Positions 21,790 to 32,548 of a stretch of 64,000 nucleotides of DNA are shown here, piece by piece. Source of the stretch: an uncultured Acidobacteriota bacterium (GTDB lineage Bacteria; Acidobacteriota; UBA6911); the NCBI GenBank assembly GCA_963809485.1, contig CAWEJX010000012.1:160001-224000 (forward strand), read 5' to 3'. The first letter of the stretch is position 1; every line of letters begins with the position of its first letter. The translations under genes and the position numbers were made by a program. The notes beneath the pieces are model-generated. The model was given only the letters and a program-made list of their open reading frames with translations, searched no databases and was not told the origin of the DNA.

Positions 21790-22440
21790 ATGAGTTCCAG
21801 CACAGGCAAAAGGACTCAAACCCGCAGGGCATTTTTTAGCGATGTAACAGCCTCCACCGCGCTGGCCGCAGTGGCAATGGCCCAATTAGGCTCGCAGACG
21901 GCGGCAATGGCGCAAGAGAAAAAGGAGCCCCTGGAGGGTTTGAGGATGCCCAAAAACCTTCCGCCCTGGCCCAAAGGAACTACCGGCAACAGATACGACC
22001 ATCTGTTCTGCACCAGGCTGAAGGAGAAGCCGCTAACGGACACCATACTCTCTCCAACGATCAGTTTCCGCGGCAACAGCGACCTTCCGGGCGCCGGCAT
22101 CAATCTTGGCTTCCGCTATTATGTCAAACCGTTCAAGATGGAGCTGCAATCGCATCACCATGATGTCGACGAATATCTCTTCTTCCTGGGCGCCCAACTG
22201 CCGGATCTGACGGCCAACTTCGATGCGGAAATCGAAATTTTCCTGGGGCCGGAATACGAAAGGCACATTATCACCAAGCCCTGTATCCTCTATATTCCCA
22301 GAGGATTCGAGCACAATCCGATGGACATAAAGAGGGTGGGCAAACCGTTGCTTTTCATGCCGCTGCTTCTGGCGCCCTATTTCAACGGGTACTACCAGAC
22401 GGGCTACATGCAAATGCTTGGGCATGAAAAAATCGATTAG
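21790..22440 (+). CDS. Tat-signal cupin-like protein
   Basis: TRRAFFS signal; HHHDVDEY...YIPRGFEHNP cupin motifs. Confidence 0.75.
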   Translation: MSSSTGKRTQTRRAFFSDVTASTALAAVAMAQLGSQTAAMAQEKKEPLEGLRMPKNLPPWPKGTTGNRYDHLFCTRLKEKPLTDTILSPTISFRGNSDLPGAGINLGFRYYVKPFKMELQSHHHDVDEYLFFLGAQLPDLTANFDAEIEIFLGPEYERHIITKPCILYIPRGFEHNPMDIKRVGKPLLFMPLLLAPYFNGYYQTGYMQMLGHEKID

Positions 22441-22458
22441 AGCTATTTGGAGGCAAAC

Positions 22459-24035
22459 ATGAGGAAGAGTCTTATCGCAGGAATCTTTGTAGTGGCCGTG
22501 CTCTCGGTCGCTCCTTTCGCGCTCTCGCAGATACAGAATGTCAAGTCGACCGGCGGCCAATTACAGGGAGTTGTTGCGGACGGCGTGGCTTCGTTTAAGG
22601 GTATTCCATTTGCAGCGCCTCCGGTGGGCGATCTGCGCTGGAAATCCCCACAGCCCGCGAAGGCGTGGACCGGCATCCGGAAAGCCGATGCTTACGCATC
22701 CGGCTGCATGCAGGATCCCGGCATGGTCAAGATGATGGGAGCCTCGGCGAATGTCAGCGAGGACTGTTTATACCTGAACGTATGGACAGCCGCAAAGACC
22801 GCCGGAGAAAAGCGGCCCGTGATGGTGTGGATTCACGGCGGCGCATTCGTTGGCGGGATGACGGGCACCCCGATGTTCGATGGAACGAAATTCGCACAAA
22901 AAGGCGTGGTGCTGGTAAGCATTGCCTATCGACTTGGTGTTTTCGGCTTCATGGCGCACCCGGAACTCAGCCGTGAAAGCGGCAAGGGATCGGGCACCTA
23001 TGGAATTCAGGATATGATCGCCGGCCTCCAATGGGTAAAGAACAACATTGCACAATTCGGGGGCGATCCTTCGTGTGTAACGATTTTCGGCGAGTCTGCA
23101 GGAGGGATCGCAGTCGGCATGCTTTCCGCGGCCCCGGCAGCCAAGGGTCTTTTCCAACGCGCCATTTCCGAAAGCGGCGGCTCGTTTGCGCCGCCACGGA
23201 TTGCGAATGAAGCAGGCCAGAATGTTCCGACACTGAAACTGGCCGAATCAACCGGCGAAAGCTTTTTGAAGAAACTCGGCGCCGCCGATATTAAGGCCGC
23301 GCGGGCGTTGCCTGCCGAACAGATCCAGAAAGCCGTTGGAGGCGGAATGGGAGGCGGCAGCAGTTTTGGCCCGTTGCCGATGGATATGTATTGCCGGGAG
23401 ATCCCTACGAACTTTACGAAAAGGGCCGTTTCAACGACACTCCCATCCTGATCGGGACCAATTCCAATGAAGGCGGATTGTTCATGCGCGGGCCGGTCAC
23501 GGCGGCGGCATTTGAAAAGCAGATTCGATCGGGCTATGGAGAACGGGCAGACGTCATTTTGAGCGCTTATCCGCATTCGACGGATGCAGAAGCATCCCGA
23601 TCGTCCGCGGATGTTGTTTCGCGAATTTGCCTTTGCCTGGCCCACGTGGGCCTGGGCGCGCATGCAATCCCAGAAGGGGAAAGGGAAAGCATTCGTATAC
23701 TACTTCGATCATCGCACGCCTCAATCGCCGAATGGCGCCGAATCATGGAGCCGAAGTCACCTATGTATTCCAAAATTTCGGCGGTCCCGGCGGCGCTCTC
23801 CCAGTCCGGAGGATCTTGGCTCTTTCCGACCTGATCCGCTCCTATTGGATCAATTTCGCCAGCAACCGGAGATCCGAACGGATCCGGCTTACCGCAGTGG
23901 CCTGCGTTTGCGGAGAAAGACCAGAAGGTTATGTTCTTTGACTCCGCCGCAAGCGCCAAGCCGATACCAAATCTGGAAAAGCTGAAGGCATTTGATTCCT
24001 ACTACTCCTGGCGCAGAGAGCAGGCAAAGAGATGA
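22459..24035 (+). CDS. Secreted type-B carboxylesterase (several frameshifts in the 3' third)
   Basis: FKGIPFAAPPVGDLRW, SEDCLYLNVW, HGG and GESAG. Downstream motifs (GTNSNEG, HGAEV, YWINFA) are spread over different frames. Confidence 0.85.
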
Positions 24036-24040
24036 GCTTG

Positions 24041-24116
24041 CGATTGACCTTTGACGATTGAGAAACGAGGAAAGAGAAGAGGTGTTTTTCAATCGTCAAT
24101 CGTCAATCGTCAATCA
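24041..24116. repeat. Heptamer (AATCGTC)n array with inverted upstream arm
   Basis: caatcgtcaatcgtcaatcgtcaatc at ~24090-24116 can pair with gattgacctttgacgattga at ~24041-24061. A degenerate copy lies at ~49515-49547. Confidence 0.6.
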
Positions 24117-24215
24117 TAAATCTATTGCCGCCTGCAGCGATCGAAGAAATGGTGGGTACGGACCCTGCCTACGACTCCCCCAACTGTTCGCTATGGCCTG
24201 CCACTCTGCTGGAGC

Positions 24216-25871
24216 CTACCCCCACACTTTCAGGGCGGCTGCGTGCTCTCCGGCGATGCGGCCGAACGAATGAGCTTCAGGTATGTTTGTTCCGCCGGTG
24301 TAGCATAGGCTGAAGAATGAGCCCAGTTCGCCCACGCTGTACAGCCTTGGTATGGGTTTGCCCTCTTTGTTCAACGTTTGGCCTTTGCTGTTATGCTGCG
24401 GCCCACCCATTGTATTGATGAGGCTCAGAGCCATCTCCATGCCGTAAAAGGGCGGACTTTCGATAGGCAGCAAGGTCGTATTGCCGAACAGCTGGTCCTT
24501 TTTTATCCTGCTGGCCTCATTTACCTGCTCCACAGTGCGTTGCAGCCCCTCAGGGTTTATCTTAAGCATCGCGGCTAATTCCGCGATAGTATTCGCCTGC
24601 TTCACCCAGCCTTTGGATATTTCGGCGCTGTTATCTTTGCTCCAGTCATAAAGTTTCTTAACGTGCGCGAACTTTGTATCCGTGTTAGGCCTTAACGGGG
24701 TTACAAACGGGCCTTTCTTCCGGTATGTTTCATCGCAGACAAGGAAGTAAGGCATATTCGGATAGCCGCCCATGCCATGCCACAAGCCCGGGCGGACATC
24801 TATTCCGCTTTTGAAATCGGTAGGTTCTATGTTCGGCCGCCGATGCGTGAAACTGATGGTTTCATTCACGAACCTATCACCGGCCCGATTCACATAGATA
24901 TGACCTCTTTGAAGGCTGCACTCGATTGCGCATCCAAATTCCCTGCTCGCAGGAGCACAACAGCCGGCTTCCCATTCCTTCAAGAACATGTGCCACAGGG
25001 GAGCTCCCACCTCACTGGACATCAGAATGCCGTCGCCGGTATTGTATGGCGTGCCTCCGGTGAATACTTCCATGCCCGGGTAATTAAAATAGGACCACAT
25101 TTGCAGATTTCCCTCGTAGCCGCCGCAAGCAAGGATCACTCCTCTCTTTGCTTTTACGTAAACCTTCCTTCCCCCTTCTCCATGGAAGCCCTTGGCCCCT
25201 TCATAGGCCACGACGCCCAGGATCTCCTTTGTTATAGGGTCCTGAACCAGTTCTTTGGCCGGGGTCTCGTACATGATCCGGATGTTTCGTTTTTCCACTT
25301 GAGCTTGAATAGCCCGATACAGGTGACTGCCATTAGATCCTCCGGTTTCACTATTGGCAATAAACCAGGTCTTCTTGGTGTTCTGTCCGCCCGCTTTCAT
25401 TTCGATCCCCAACTTCTTAAGCCAGCCCAGGACGTTCTGGCCCCCGCCCATTGCCAACGTGTCCACCATGGTCCGCACCAACTCATCCGGCACATCGCAG
25501 CCGGCGTGCCGAAGGTCCGTGTAGCACTCCTTGGGGTCATCCCAAACAGAATTGCCTCCAACCGCGCAACAGGAGTTGCCACCGGAAAGCTCCTTTGTCG
25601 CCTTCTCCAGCACGATAACTTTTGCTCCGGCGTCATGCGCAGCAATAGCCGCGCTCTGGCCGGCATATCCTATCCCCGCGACCACCACATCCGCTTCATA
25701 ATCCCATCTTTTCGGCAGCCAGGGCTTCTGTTCATTGGTACCCTGGGCTGTTGACGGCGCTGACAGGGCTGAAGAAGCAGAAGCGCCAAGGGCTCCTGTG
25801 GCAAAGGCGGCGCCAGTGCCCAAAAACTCTCTTCTTGGAAACCGCTTTTTCGCTTTCCTATCCTCGATCAT
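24216..25871 (-). CDS. Tat-exported FAD_binding_2 oxidoreductase
   Basis: PRREFLG, GIGYAG, LACGGYE, TPYNTGDG, NTMGG and IPRLYSVGELG. Confidence 0.9.
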   Translation of the reverse strand: MIEDRKAKKRFPRREFLGTGAAFATGALGASASSALSAPSTAQGTNEQKPWLPKRWDYEADVVVAGIGYAGQSAAIAAHDAGAKVIVLEKATKELSGGNSCCAVGGNSVWDDPKECYTDLRHAGCDVPDELVRTMVDTLAMGGGQNVLGWLKKLGIEMKAGGQNTKKTWFIANSETGGSNGSHLYRAIQAQVEKRNIRIMYETPAKELVQDPITKEILGVVAYEGAKGFHGEGGRKVYVKAKRGVILACGGYEGNLQMWSYFNYPGMEVFTGGTPYNTGDGILMSSEVGAPLWHMFLKEWEAGCCAPASREFGCAIECSLQRGHIYVNRAGDRFVNETISFTHRRPNIEPTDFKSGIDVRPGLWHGMGGYPNMPYFLVCDETYRKKGPFVTPLRPNTDTKFAHVKKLYDWSKDNSAEISKGWVKQANTIAELAAMLKINPEGLQRTVEQVNEASRIKKDQLFGNTTLLPIESPPFYGMEMALSLINTMGGPQHNSKGQTLNKEGKPIPRLYSVGELGSFFSLCYTGGTNIPEAHSFGRIAGEHAAALKVWG

Positions 25872-25970
25872 GAAAATACCTCCTTATGGGATTTCTTCAC
25901 TTATCCGCTTTTCGCGCTGCTAATTTCTTCCCGGTCAAAAACCGCTTTGAGTTCTTCGACGGCTAATCGG

Positions 25971-27596
25971 TTACGACCACGGCTTCAGTGAGGCGGCATT
26001 GTCTCCGGCGATGCGGCCAAAAGCAATCGCCTCCGGTATGTTGCTGCCGCCGGGATACAGGAATCCGAAGAATGATCCGAATTCCCCTGGACTATAGAGT
26101 CTGGGAATGGGTTTATCGTCCTGGTCGAGCGTCTGAGCCTTTGTATTGTGCTTGGGCCCGCCCTGGGTATTGATAAGGGTAAGGGCCAGCTCCACGCCGT
26201 AATAGGGTGGAGTCGTTAGTGGGGATAGCGAGTTGTCTCTTCTGCTGAAGTCGGGATCCTTTTTCCCACTGCAAAATTGATTGTACTTGGTGACAGTCTC
26301 CTGCAGCCCCTCCGGCTCGATCCTCATTTTGGCGGCCAGATCTCTGAGGGTATCTGCCCTGGATACCCAGCCCTTCTCGATTTCGGCGCTGCTGCCTTCA
26401 CTCCATTGATACAGACCGTGAACCGCATTCCAGGTCATTCCGCTCTGCCGTCCGAGCCGCTGTTTGGAACGCACACTCTCATCGAAGATGGCGTAAAATG
26501 GCTGATTGGGGTACTCCACACGGTCGTGATGAAAATACGTCAGCTCCAGGGATTCCTTGGTGTGAACCATGGATTTCAGTTCGTTCATGAATCGCTTGCC
26601 ATATTTGTTTACATAGATATAACTGCCGGTAAGAGTTACCTGAACCGAAACACCGGCTTGTTCACTCGCCGTCTTTACGGAATGCCCCGCCCACTCAAGG
26701 CTGAACGTATGCCATAGAGGCGCCCCCACCTCCGACACCATTTTTAGGCCATCGCCGGTATTGTAGGGTGACCCCCAGGGGTAGATTCGTATCCCCGGAT
26801 AATTAAAGTAGGACATCATCTCGGGATTGTTCTCGTACCCTCCGCACGCCAGAACCACTCCCCTTTTGGCTTTTATGTAAATCTTCCTCCCCTGTTTTTC
26901 CGCTATTACGCCGACAATCTCCTTGGTCGCCGGATCCTGCATCAGGTGTTTTGCCCGGGTCTCGTATTGAATGGGAATCCCTCTGCTTTTCACGCACTGG
27001 TCGAGCGCCATGTACAACTGTTTGCCAGCCCCGTAGTTCGGCGGCGCATCTTTTACGGGCTTGATGGAAAAAATCTTGCCATTATTCGCTCCCGGAAGGG
27101 TGCGCAGCCCTATCATGGCTTCCGGGGCCGTCTTCGCATAGTCGCGTGTGACTATGGTTTCAATCCCAAGTTTCCTAAGCTGCTCCGGAACTTGGGCTAA
27201 AGCCTCGGCCATAAAGTCGCACAATTCCTTCGGCGATGTCCCAAAGGAGAGTGCATGATAATAGGGAGCTCCTTCCTTTGCGCCGTTGGGCACTGTCATG
27301 CCGCCGCCGGAACAGGAGGAGTTCCCCCCTGCATATTTTTCCGGCGCTTTTTCGATAATCAGCGTTTTTGCCCGGGCGTCATGACTGGCGATAGCGGCAT
27401 TCTGGCCCGCATAGCCCATTCCTACCACCACTACGTCCGCTTCGTAATCCCATTTATCGGGCAACCAGCCTTTGGACGCACCCAATAGCGTTTCGCCCCC
27501 TGGCCCGAGCAACAATCCGGCGGCTCCTGCGGTTGCCGATCCCTTGAAAAACTGTCTGCGTGTGATTTCCTTTTTCTTCACGTCATCCGAACGCAT
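25971..27596 (-). CDS. Tat-exported FAD_binding_2 oxidoreductase
   Basis: TRRQFFK, GMGYAG, LACGGYE, NTQGG and YPGGSN. Confidence 0.9.
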   Translation of the reverse strand: MRSDDVKKKEITRRQFFKGSATAGAAGLLLGPGGETLLGASKGWLPDKWDYEADVVVVGMGYAGQNAAIASHDARAKTLIIEKAPEKYAGGNSSCSGGGMTVPNGAKEGAPYYHALSFGTSPKELCDFMAEALAQVPEQLRKLGIETIVTRDYAKTAPEAMIGLRTLPGANNGKIFSIKPVKDAPPNYGAGKQLYMALDQCVKSRGIPIQYETRAKHLMQDPATKEIVGVIAEKQGRKIYIKAKRGVVLACGGYENNPEMMSYFNYPGIRIYPWGSPYNTGDGLKMVSEVGAPLWHTFSLEWAGHSVKTASEQAGVSVQVTLTGSYIYVNKYGKRFMNELKSMVHTKESLELTYFHHDRVEYPNQPFYAIFDESVRSKQRLGRQSGMTWNAVHGLYQWSEGSSAEIEKGWVSRADTLRDLAAKMRIEPEGLQETVTKYNQFCSGKKDPDFSRRDNSLSPLTTPPYYGVELALTLINTQGGPKHNTKAQTLDQDDKPIPRLYSPGEFGSFFGFLYPGGSNIPEAIAFGRIAGDNAASLKPWS

Positions 27597-27900
27597 ATGC
27601 GTCTCCTTTCAATACCGCGATTACGAACCTTCTGGATTTCAATTTGCAGATCGGAGGCAGAATGTCGCCTCCTCGATGTACTTCGGCTGCAATGGAAATA
27701 TCGATCTGCCGCTCAAATTGACTGAGATCCGAATGGGGTCGCGTTTTCCGATATGAAATTCCACAGTGTCCCCACCTCCGTCAAGGCAGGAAGGCATTGG
27801 CGAAATATAAAGGCTGCATGACGGCCACAACCCCGGTCCGCGGCCGAGTTCGACCGACGGACATCACATTGTTCCCCGCTTTAGAGGCTGTTTCAGAGGT

Positions 27901-27918
27901 TGTCACAACAATGTGACA
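27901..27918. promoter_or_regulatory. Palindromic operator TGTCACA-N4-TGTGACA
   Basis: Perfect half-sites in a divergent intergenic region. Confidence 0.65.
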
Positions 27919-28275
27919 CGCATCTTGGCACACACGTCCGCACAAAGTCAATCGCTGATTGCTGCAGGATGGCTGTCTGGATGGGTGTTTATTTCTACAG
28001 ATTCCAAGCAAAAATATCTTTATGGTGCCGACATCCGCACCATGCCGGACGCGGTCACCCTTCTTCAAGGACCGTGTGGGGAAGCCGGAGAGGGCGTTTC
28101 GAGCTGCAAACCGGCCGGAACAGCGCCAGACAGATTTTGCATTGGATGGGAAGGTTTGTCAGGATGGTCCGCAAGCGGCGATCCTGTCTTATGGCTCAGG
28201 CGGATAGTATGAGCCAATCTAGGAAATTGCATATATGGATGCATCGAGAGTATCGCAGCCGCCCACAAATATTTG

Positions 28276-28329
28276 TGTCACATATCTGTGACAAAATGCT
28301 TGACACCGCCTCAACAAATTGGGTAGTTT
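28276..28329 (+). promoter_or_regulatory. Operator TGTCACA-N4-TGTGACA plus sigma70-like promoter of the TonB receptor/selenoprotein cluster
   Basis: Palindrome at 28276-28293, TTGACA at 28300-28305 (6-nt gap) and TAGTTT at 28324-28329. Confidence 0.7.
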
Positions 28330-28615
28330 AATAATCGCCAAGATGCGACACATTTCTTCATCCTGATTCTCACCGGCAAAGACGCGGTCGCAGTTGGGAA
28401 CGATATATTCAGACAACCAGAGAATCTCCGGAGAAGCATGACAGCTTCATTGCGGTTCCGGAGCATAAGTGCCAGGAGGGCGCCAGGGTGATCGCACCCT
28501 GGGAAGCGTGCCCCGCCGAGCGGCGGCGATCATGGGACGGATTTGGCGCCAGCGCCAAAACTCCGGGGTGTCGCTGTGCGTTTGTAATATTACAGGCGAT
28601 AGGAGGGTGCATCCA

Positions 28616-31600
28616 ATGCGTTCCAATGCATGCTTGGTTGTAATTGCTTGTCTGATCCTTTCGGTAACGCCAGCTTCGGCTCAAAGCGACCGAGGTGCCA
28701 TAACCGGCACCGTTTCCGATCCTGCGGGAGCCGTAATTTCCTCAGGTTCCATCGAAGCAAAGAATGTGAACACCGGAGCGGTGTATAAGGCCGCAACTAC
28801 ATCAACCGGCAATTACACTCTAACGCAACTGCCGGCGGGCTCATACCAGTTGTCGGCCTCAGTCCAAGGCTTCAAACAGTACGTCCGGACCGGTATTACG
28901 GTCCTGGTGGCTCAAACGTTGCGCATCGACATAATGCTCGAAGTGGGCAGCATTACCGAAACCATCACGGTGAATGCCGATGCTCCCCTTCTGAAGACGG
29001 AAAGCGGAGAGCTGAGCCATAATGTCAGTTCCGAAACTCTCGGCAGCCTGCCAATACTTGGATTCTCGTCCTCTATCCGCGATCCCTATGCCACGACTCA
29101 GCTAATTCCAGGCGCTCTCTTCCAGGAAAGAACTTATGTACGAATCAACGGCGCCCCCGCCAACACGCAGGGCTTCCGGGTCGAGGGCCAGGATGCCAGC
29201 AATTCCATGCGCATGACTCAGACGGCGCAGAACCAGCCCAGCGTAGATGCGGTGGAAGAGTTTGCAGTTCAGACCAGCAACTATGCCGCCGAGTACGGCC
29301 AGGCTGGAGGCGGTTTCTTCAATATCACGATGAAATCAGGCAGCAACCGCTTCCATGGAAGTGCGTACGACTATTGGATTAATGAAGCACTGAACGCGAG
29401 CACGCCTTTCCTGAACACCAAGAACAGGCAGCGTCGGAACAACTACGGATTTACTCTGGGCGGACCCGTATGGATTCCCAAGGTGTACGACGGTCACGAA
29501 AAGACCTTTTTCTTTTTCAACTTCGAGCAGTTTCGTGAAAACGTCACATACAGTAATAGCCCCTATACGATTCCAACGCTCGCCTATCGCGCGGGGGATT
29601 TCCGCCAGGCCCTGACCGGAAGAAAACTCGGAACCGATCCTCTCGGCCGCGATATCATGGAAGGCACAATATACGATCCGGCGACCGACCGTCTTGCGCC
29701 CAACGGGCAGCGTGTCCGGGATCCGTTTCAATACCAGGGAATTCCGAATACCATTGATCCTGCCCGGTTTGATCCGGTTGCGGTCAAGATCCAGGACCTG
29801 ATTCCCAAACCCACCAACTCAAACCTCACCAACAACTATCTTGTCCCTTGGCCCAGCTCCAATATCCGGACTATCCCGTCCATAAAGGTCGATCACAATT
29901 TTGGCCCGCGCTCCAAGCTGTCCGTCTATTGGTCCATGACGAGGCTGACTGCGTTGGACCAGACCCCCTTCTGCGACGGAATCCAGAGTCCTGTTACGGG
30001 TTGCAGAAACTCCTATGGCAACTCGCATACATTCCGTCTGAACTTCGACCAGACGCTGACGCCCACCACCGTCCTGCATTTCGGAGCTGGTCTGCACACG
30101 CTGGGATGGAAGGATGACACGAATTTTACCGATTTCGATCAGCTCAAGGAACTGGGTCTGCCAGGCGCTAGCGTCACTCTTTTCCCATACATTACTTTCC
30201 CGACCAGTCAGCCCCGAGGCGGCATGAAAAACATGGGCCCGCTTATGCAGAGCCATGAAGACATGGAAAAGCCGACTGCAAATGCCAGCTTGACATGGGC
30301 CAAATCCAGCCACACCTATAAATTCGGGGCTGAAATGCGCCTGGAAGGATATCCGACGCAGGTCTTTAATCCTGCCTATGGCACTTACAACTTTGCTCTC
30401 AGCCAAACCGGACTTGCCATTTCCGGTCTGAACCTCTCCGGCGGAACCATAGGATTCGCCTATGCAAATCTTCTCCTGGGGTTTGTTGACAACGGCAATA
30501 TAGGGGTCGTCAGCAGTCCCCGCATGGGCAAATCCGCGTGGGCTTTGTATGCTCAGGACAGCTGGAAGGTAACCCGCCGGTTCACTCTGGACTATGGATT
30601 GCGATGGGACTACCAGGGCTACTTAAGGGATACCTATGGCCGGATTGCGAATTTCTCCCCTACCACGCCGAACCCCTCCACCGGGGGTCTCCCCGGTGCG
30701 GTGATCTTTGAAGGCTCGGGGCCGGGTCGCTGCAATTGCGATTTCGCGCAGGTCTATCCCTATTCTTTCGGACCGCGGTTGGGAGCGGCCTATCAGATCT
30801 CGGCCAAGACAGTGCTGCGCGCCGGATTGGGTGTCATGTACGGGCAAACCGCAACCGAGAACAGGATTTCCACGAGCATTGCATCGAATAATCTGTTCTC
30901 CACCTCATCCTATGGAGATCCGAGTATATTGCTGAAAGACGGCCCACCAACCCCTGGTCCGTGGCCCAACCTGGACCCCGGCCAGTATCCGCGTCCAGGG
31001 CAGACCACTGCGCCTCCGACCGCATTTGACAATAATGCGGGGCGGCCACCGAGGATGATTCAGTGGAGCTTGAGCATTCAAAGGGAAATTTTTAAGAACC
31101 TGGTGGTTGAGATTTCCTATATCGGCAACCGGGGCGCCTGGTGGGAAGGGAACGAGCTCATCAACGTAAACGCATTGACACCGGAGCGGCTCAACACATT
31201 CGGGCTCAATATAAACAGCCCTGCCGACCAGGCGCTGCTGAAGGCCCGAATGGATTCTTCCACGGCAAAGCTGCGCGGATTCGACACACCGCCCTACTCA
31301 GGTTTTCCCATGTCATCCACCGTTGCCCAATCTTTGCGGCCCTTCCCGCAGTTCGGCACGATCAACTACCTCTGGGCTCCGCTCGGCAGAACCTGGTACG
31401 ACTCGATGCAGATTAAGGTGACAAAGCGGTTTTCCCGCGGGCTGGATTTTACCAGTTCGTTCAGCTGGCAGAAGGAACTCATGATGGGTGCAGAGGTGTC
31501 CAACGCACTGCTGACCGTTCCTGCGGCCGTTAACGATGTATTTAATCGTCCAACGAATAAGTACATCTCGAGGCTGTCACGGCCGTTCGTTTCCGTTACG

Positions 31601-32185
31601 GCAGTGAACTACACGTTCCCCAAGCTGGATGTGAATAAGGTCCTGTCGTGGGCGATCCGCGACTGGACATTTGGCGCCGTCCTGCAGTATGCCAGCGGTA
31701 TGCCCATCAAGGTTCCGACCGCAAACAGCCAGCTCATGTCATTGCTCTTCCGGGACACCTTTGCCAACCGAATCGAGGGCCAGCCGCTTTGGAAGCAAGG
31801 GGTGGACATCAACGACAGGAGCACTTACGATCCATACACGGATTTCGTTCTGAATCCGAAAGCATGGACGGATCCGCCTGCCGGTCAGTTCAGTTACTCA
31901 CCAGGCTATTACAGCGACTATCGTTATATGCGCCGCCCTTCTGAAGCCATGAGCATCGGGCGGATTTTCCGTGTCAAAGAAGGGGTTTCCCTGAATATCC
32001 GGGCCGATTTCCAGAACATATTCAACCGGCTGGTCATTCCGGATCCAACGGCAACCAATGCCGCAGCGACCCAGAACGTTAATCCCGCCACGGGCCAGAC
32101 CCAGTCCGGATTCGGATATATTGCAACAAACGGGACCGGAACAGCGCCTCGTAGCGGTATAATAGTTGCCCGAATTCAGTTCTAG
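28616..32185 (+). CDS. TonB-dependent receptor, Oar type
   Basis: Signal peptide, AQSDRGAITGTV, plug motif SVDAVEEFAVQTSNYAAEYG, QDSWKVTRRFTLDYGLRWD and terminal RIQF. Confidence 0.95.
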   Translation: MRSNACLVVIACLILSVTPASAQSDRGAITGTVSDPAGAVISSGSIEAKNVNTGAVYKAATTSTGNYTLTQLPAGSYQLSASVQGFKQYVRTGITVLVAQTLRIDIMLEVGSITETITVNADAPLLKTESGELSHNVSSETLGSLPILGFSSSIRDPYATTQLIPGALFQERTYVRINGAPANTQGFRVEGQDASNSMRMTQTAQNQPSVDAVEEFAVQTSNYAAEYGQAGGGFFNITMKSGSNRFHGSAYDYWINEALNASTPFLNTKNRQRRNNYGFTLGGPVWIPKVYDGHEKTFFFFNFEQFRENVTYSNSPYTIPTLAYRAGDFRQALTGRKLGTDPLGRDIMEGTIYDPATDRLAPNGQRVRDPFQYQGIPNTIDPARFDPVAVKIQDLIPKPTNSNLTNNYLVPWPSSNIRTIPSIKVDHNFGPRSKLSVYWSMTRLTALDQTPFCDGIQSPVTGCRNSYGNSHTFRLNFDQTLTPTTVLHFGAGLHTLGWKDDTNFTDFDQLKELGLPGASVTLFPYITFPTSQPRGGMKNMGPLMQSHEDMEKPTANASLTWAKSSHTYKFGAEMRLEGYPTQVFNPAYGTYNFALSQTGLAISGLNLSGGTIGFAYANLLLGFVDNGNIGVVSSPRMGKSAWALYAQDSWKVTRRFTLDYGLRWDYQGYLRDTYGRIANFSPTTPNPSTGGLPGAVIFEGSGPGRCNCDFAQVYPYSFGPRLGAAYQISAKTVLRAGLGVMYGQTATENRISTSIASNNLFSTSSYGDPSILLKDGPPTPGPWPNLDPGQYPRPGQTTAPPTAFDNNAGRPPRMIQWSLSIQREIFKNLVVEISYIGNRGAWWEGNELINVNALTPERLNTFGLNINSPADQALLKARMDSSTAKLRGFDTPPYSGFPMSSTVAQSLRPFPQFGTINYLWAPLGRTWYDSMQIKVTKRFSRGLDFTSSFSWQKELMMGAEVSNALLTVPAAVNDVFNRPTNKYISRLSRPFVSVTAVNYTFPKLDVNKVLSWAIRDWTFGAVLQYASGMPIKVPTANSQLMSLLFRDTFANRIEGQPLWKQGVDINDRSTYDPYTDFVLNPKAWTDPPAGQFSYSPGYYSDYRYMRRPSEAMSIGRIFRVKEGVSLNIRADFQNIFNRLVIPDPTATNAAATQNVNPATGQTQSGFGYIATNGTGTAPRSGIIVARIQF

Positions 32186-32266
32186 GCCGCGCTGCAAAAA
32201 TTATCTCTCGCTGTGGCGGCCGAGGAACGTTTCTCGAGGGAGAGCAAGTTCACTGAATGGATCGTC

Positions 32267-32437
32267 TTATTGGGACCGGCCAATAAAGTTACACGGCCAA
32301 TACCCAAGCCCCGGAGGGGCGTAACATGACAGCGCCCCGGGCGCAAGCCCGGGGTTAAGTGGATGGGAGAACGAAGCCCGGCAGGGGCGTCACATGGTTT
32401 TTGGGTAGTGTCCCCTGTGATTTGCGGGACCCAATAA
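32267..32437. repeat. REP-like palindrome cluster bounded by imperfect inverted repeats
   Basis: agccccggaggggcg / ccccgggcgcaagcccgggg / agcccggcaggggcg, flanked by ttattgggacc...ggacccaataa. Confidence 0.5.
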
Positions 32438-32548
32438 TTAGCGCCTCAATCCTTCCGAAATGGTGTGCGTATTCACTCCGAATCAGAAAGAACAAAGGAC
32501 ATGGACGATAACCGGGAAGGGATCTACGGGCCTGCCAAGGAGAAAAAA

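Noticed and set aside
28330-28615. Cobalamin riboswitch upstream of the TonB receptor
   Set aside because: GGGAA and GCCCC-like pieces exist, but the B12 box and conserved core order are not recognisable.
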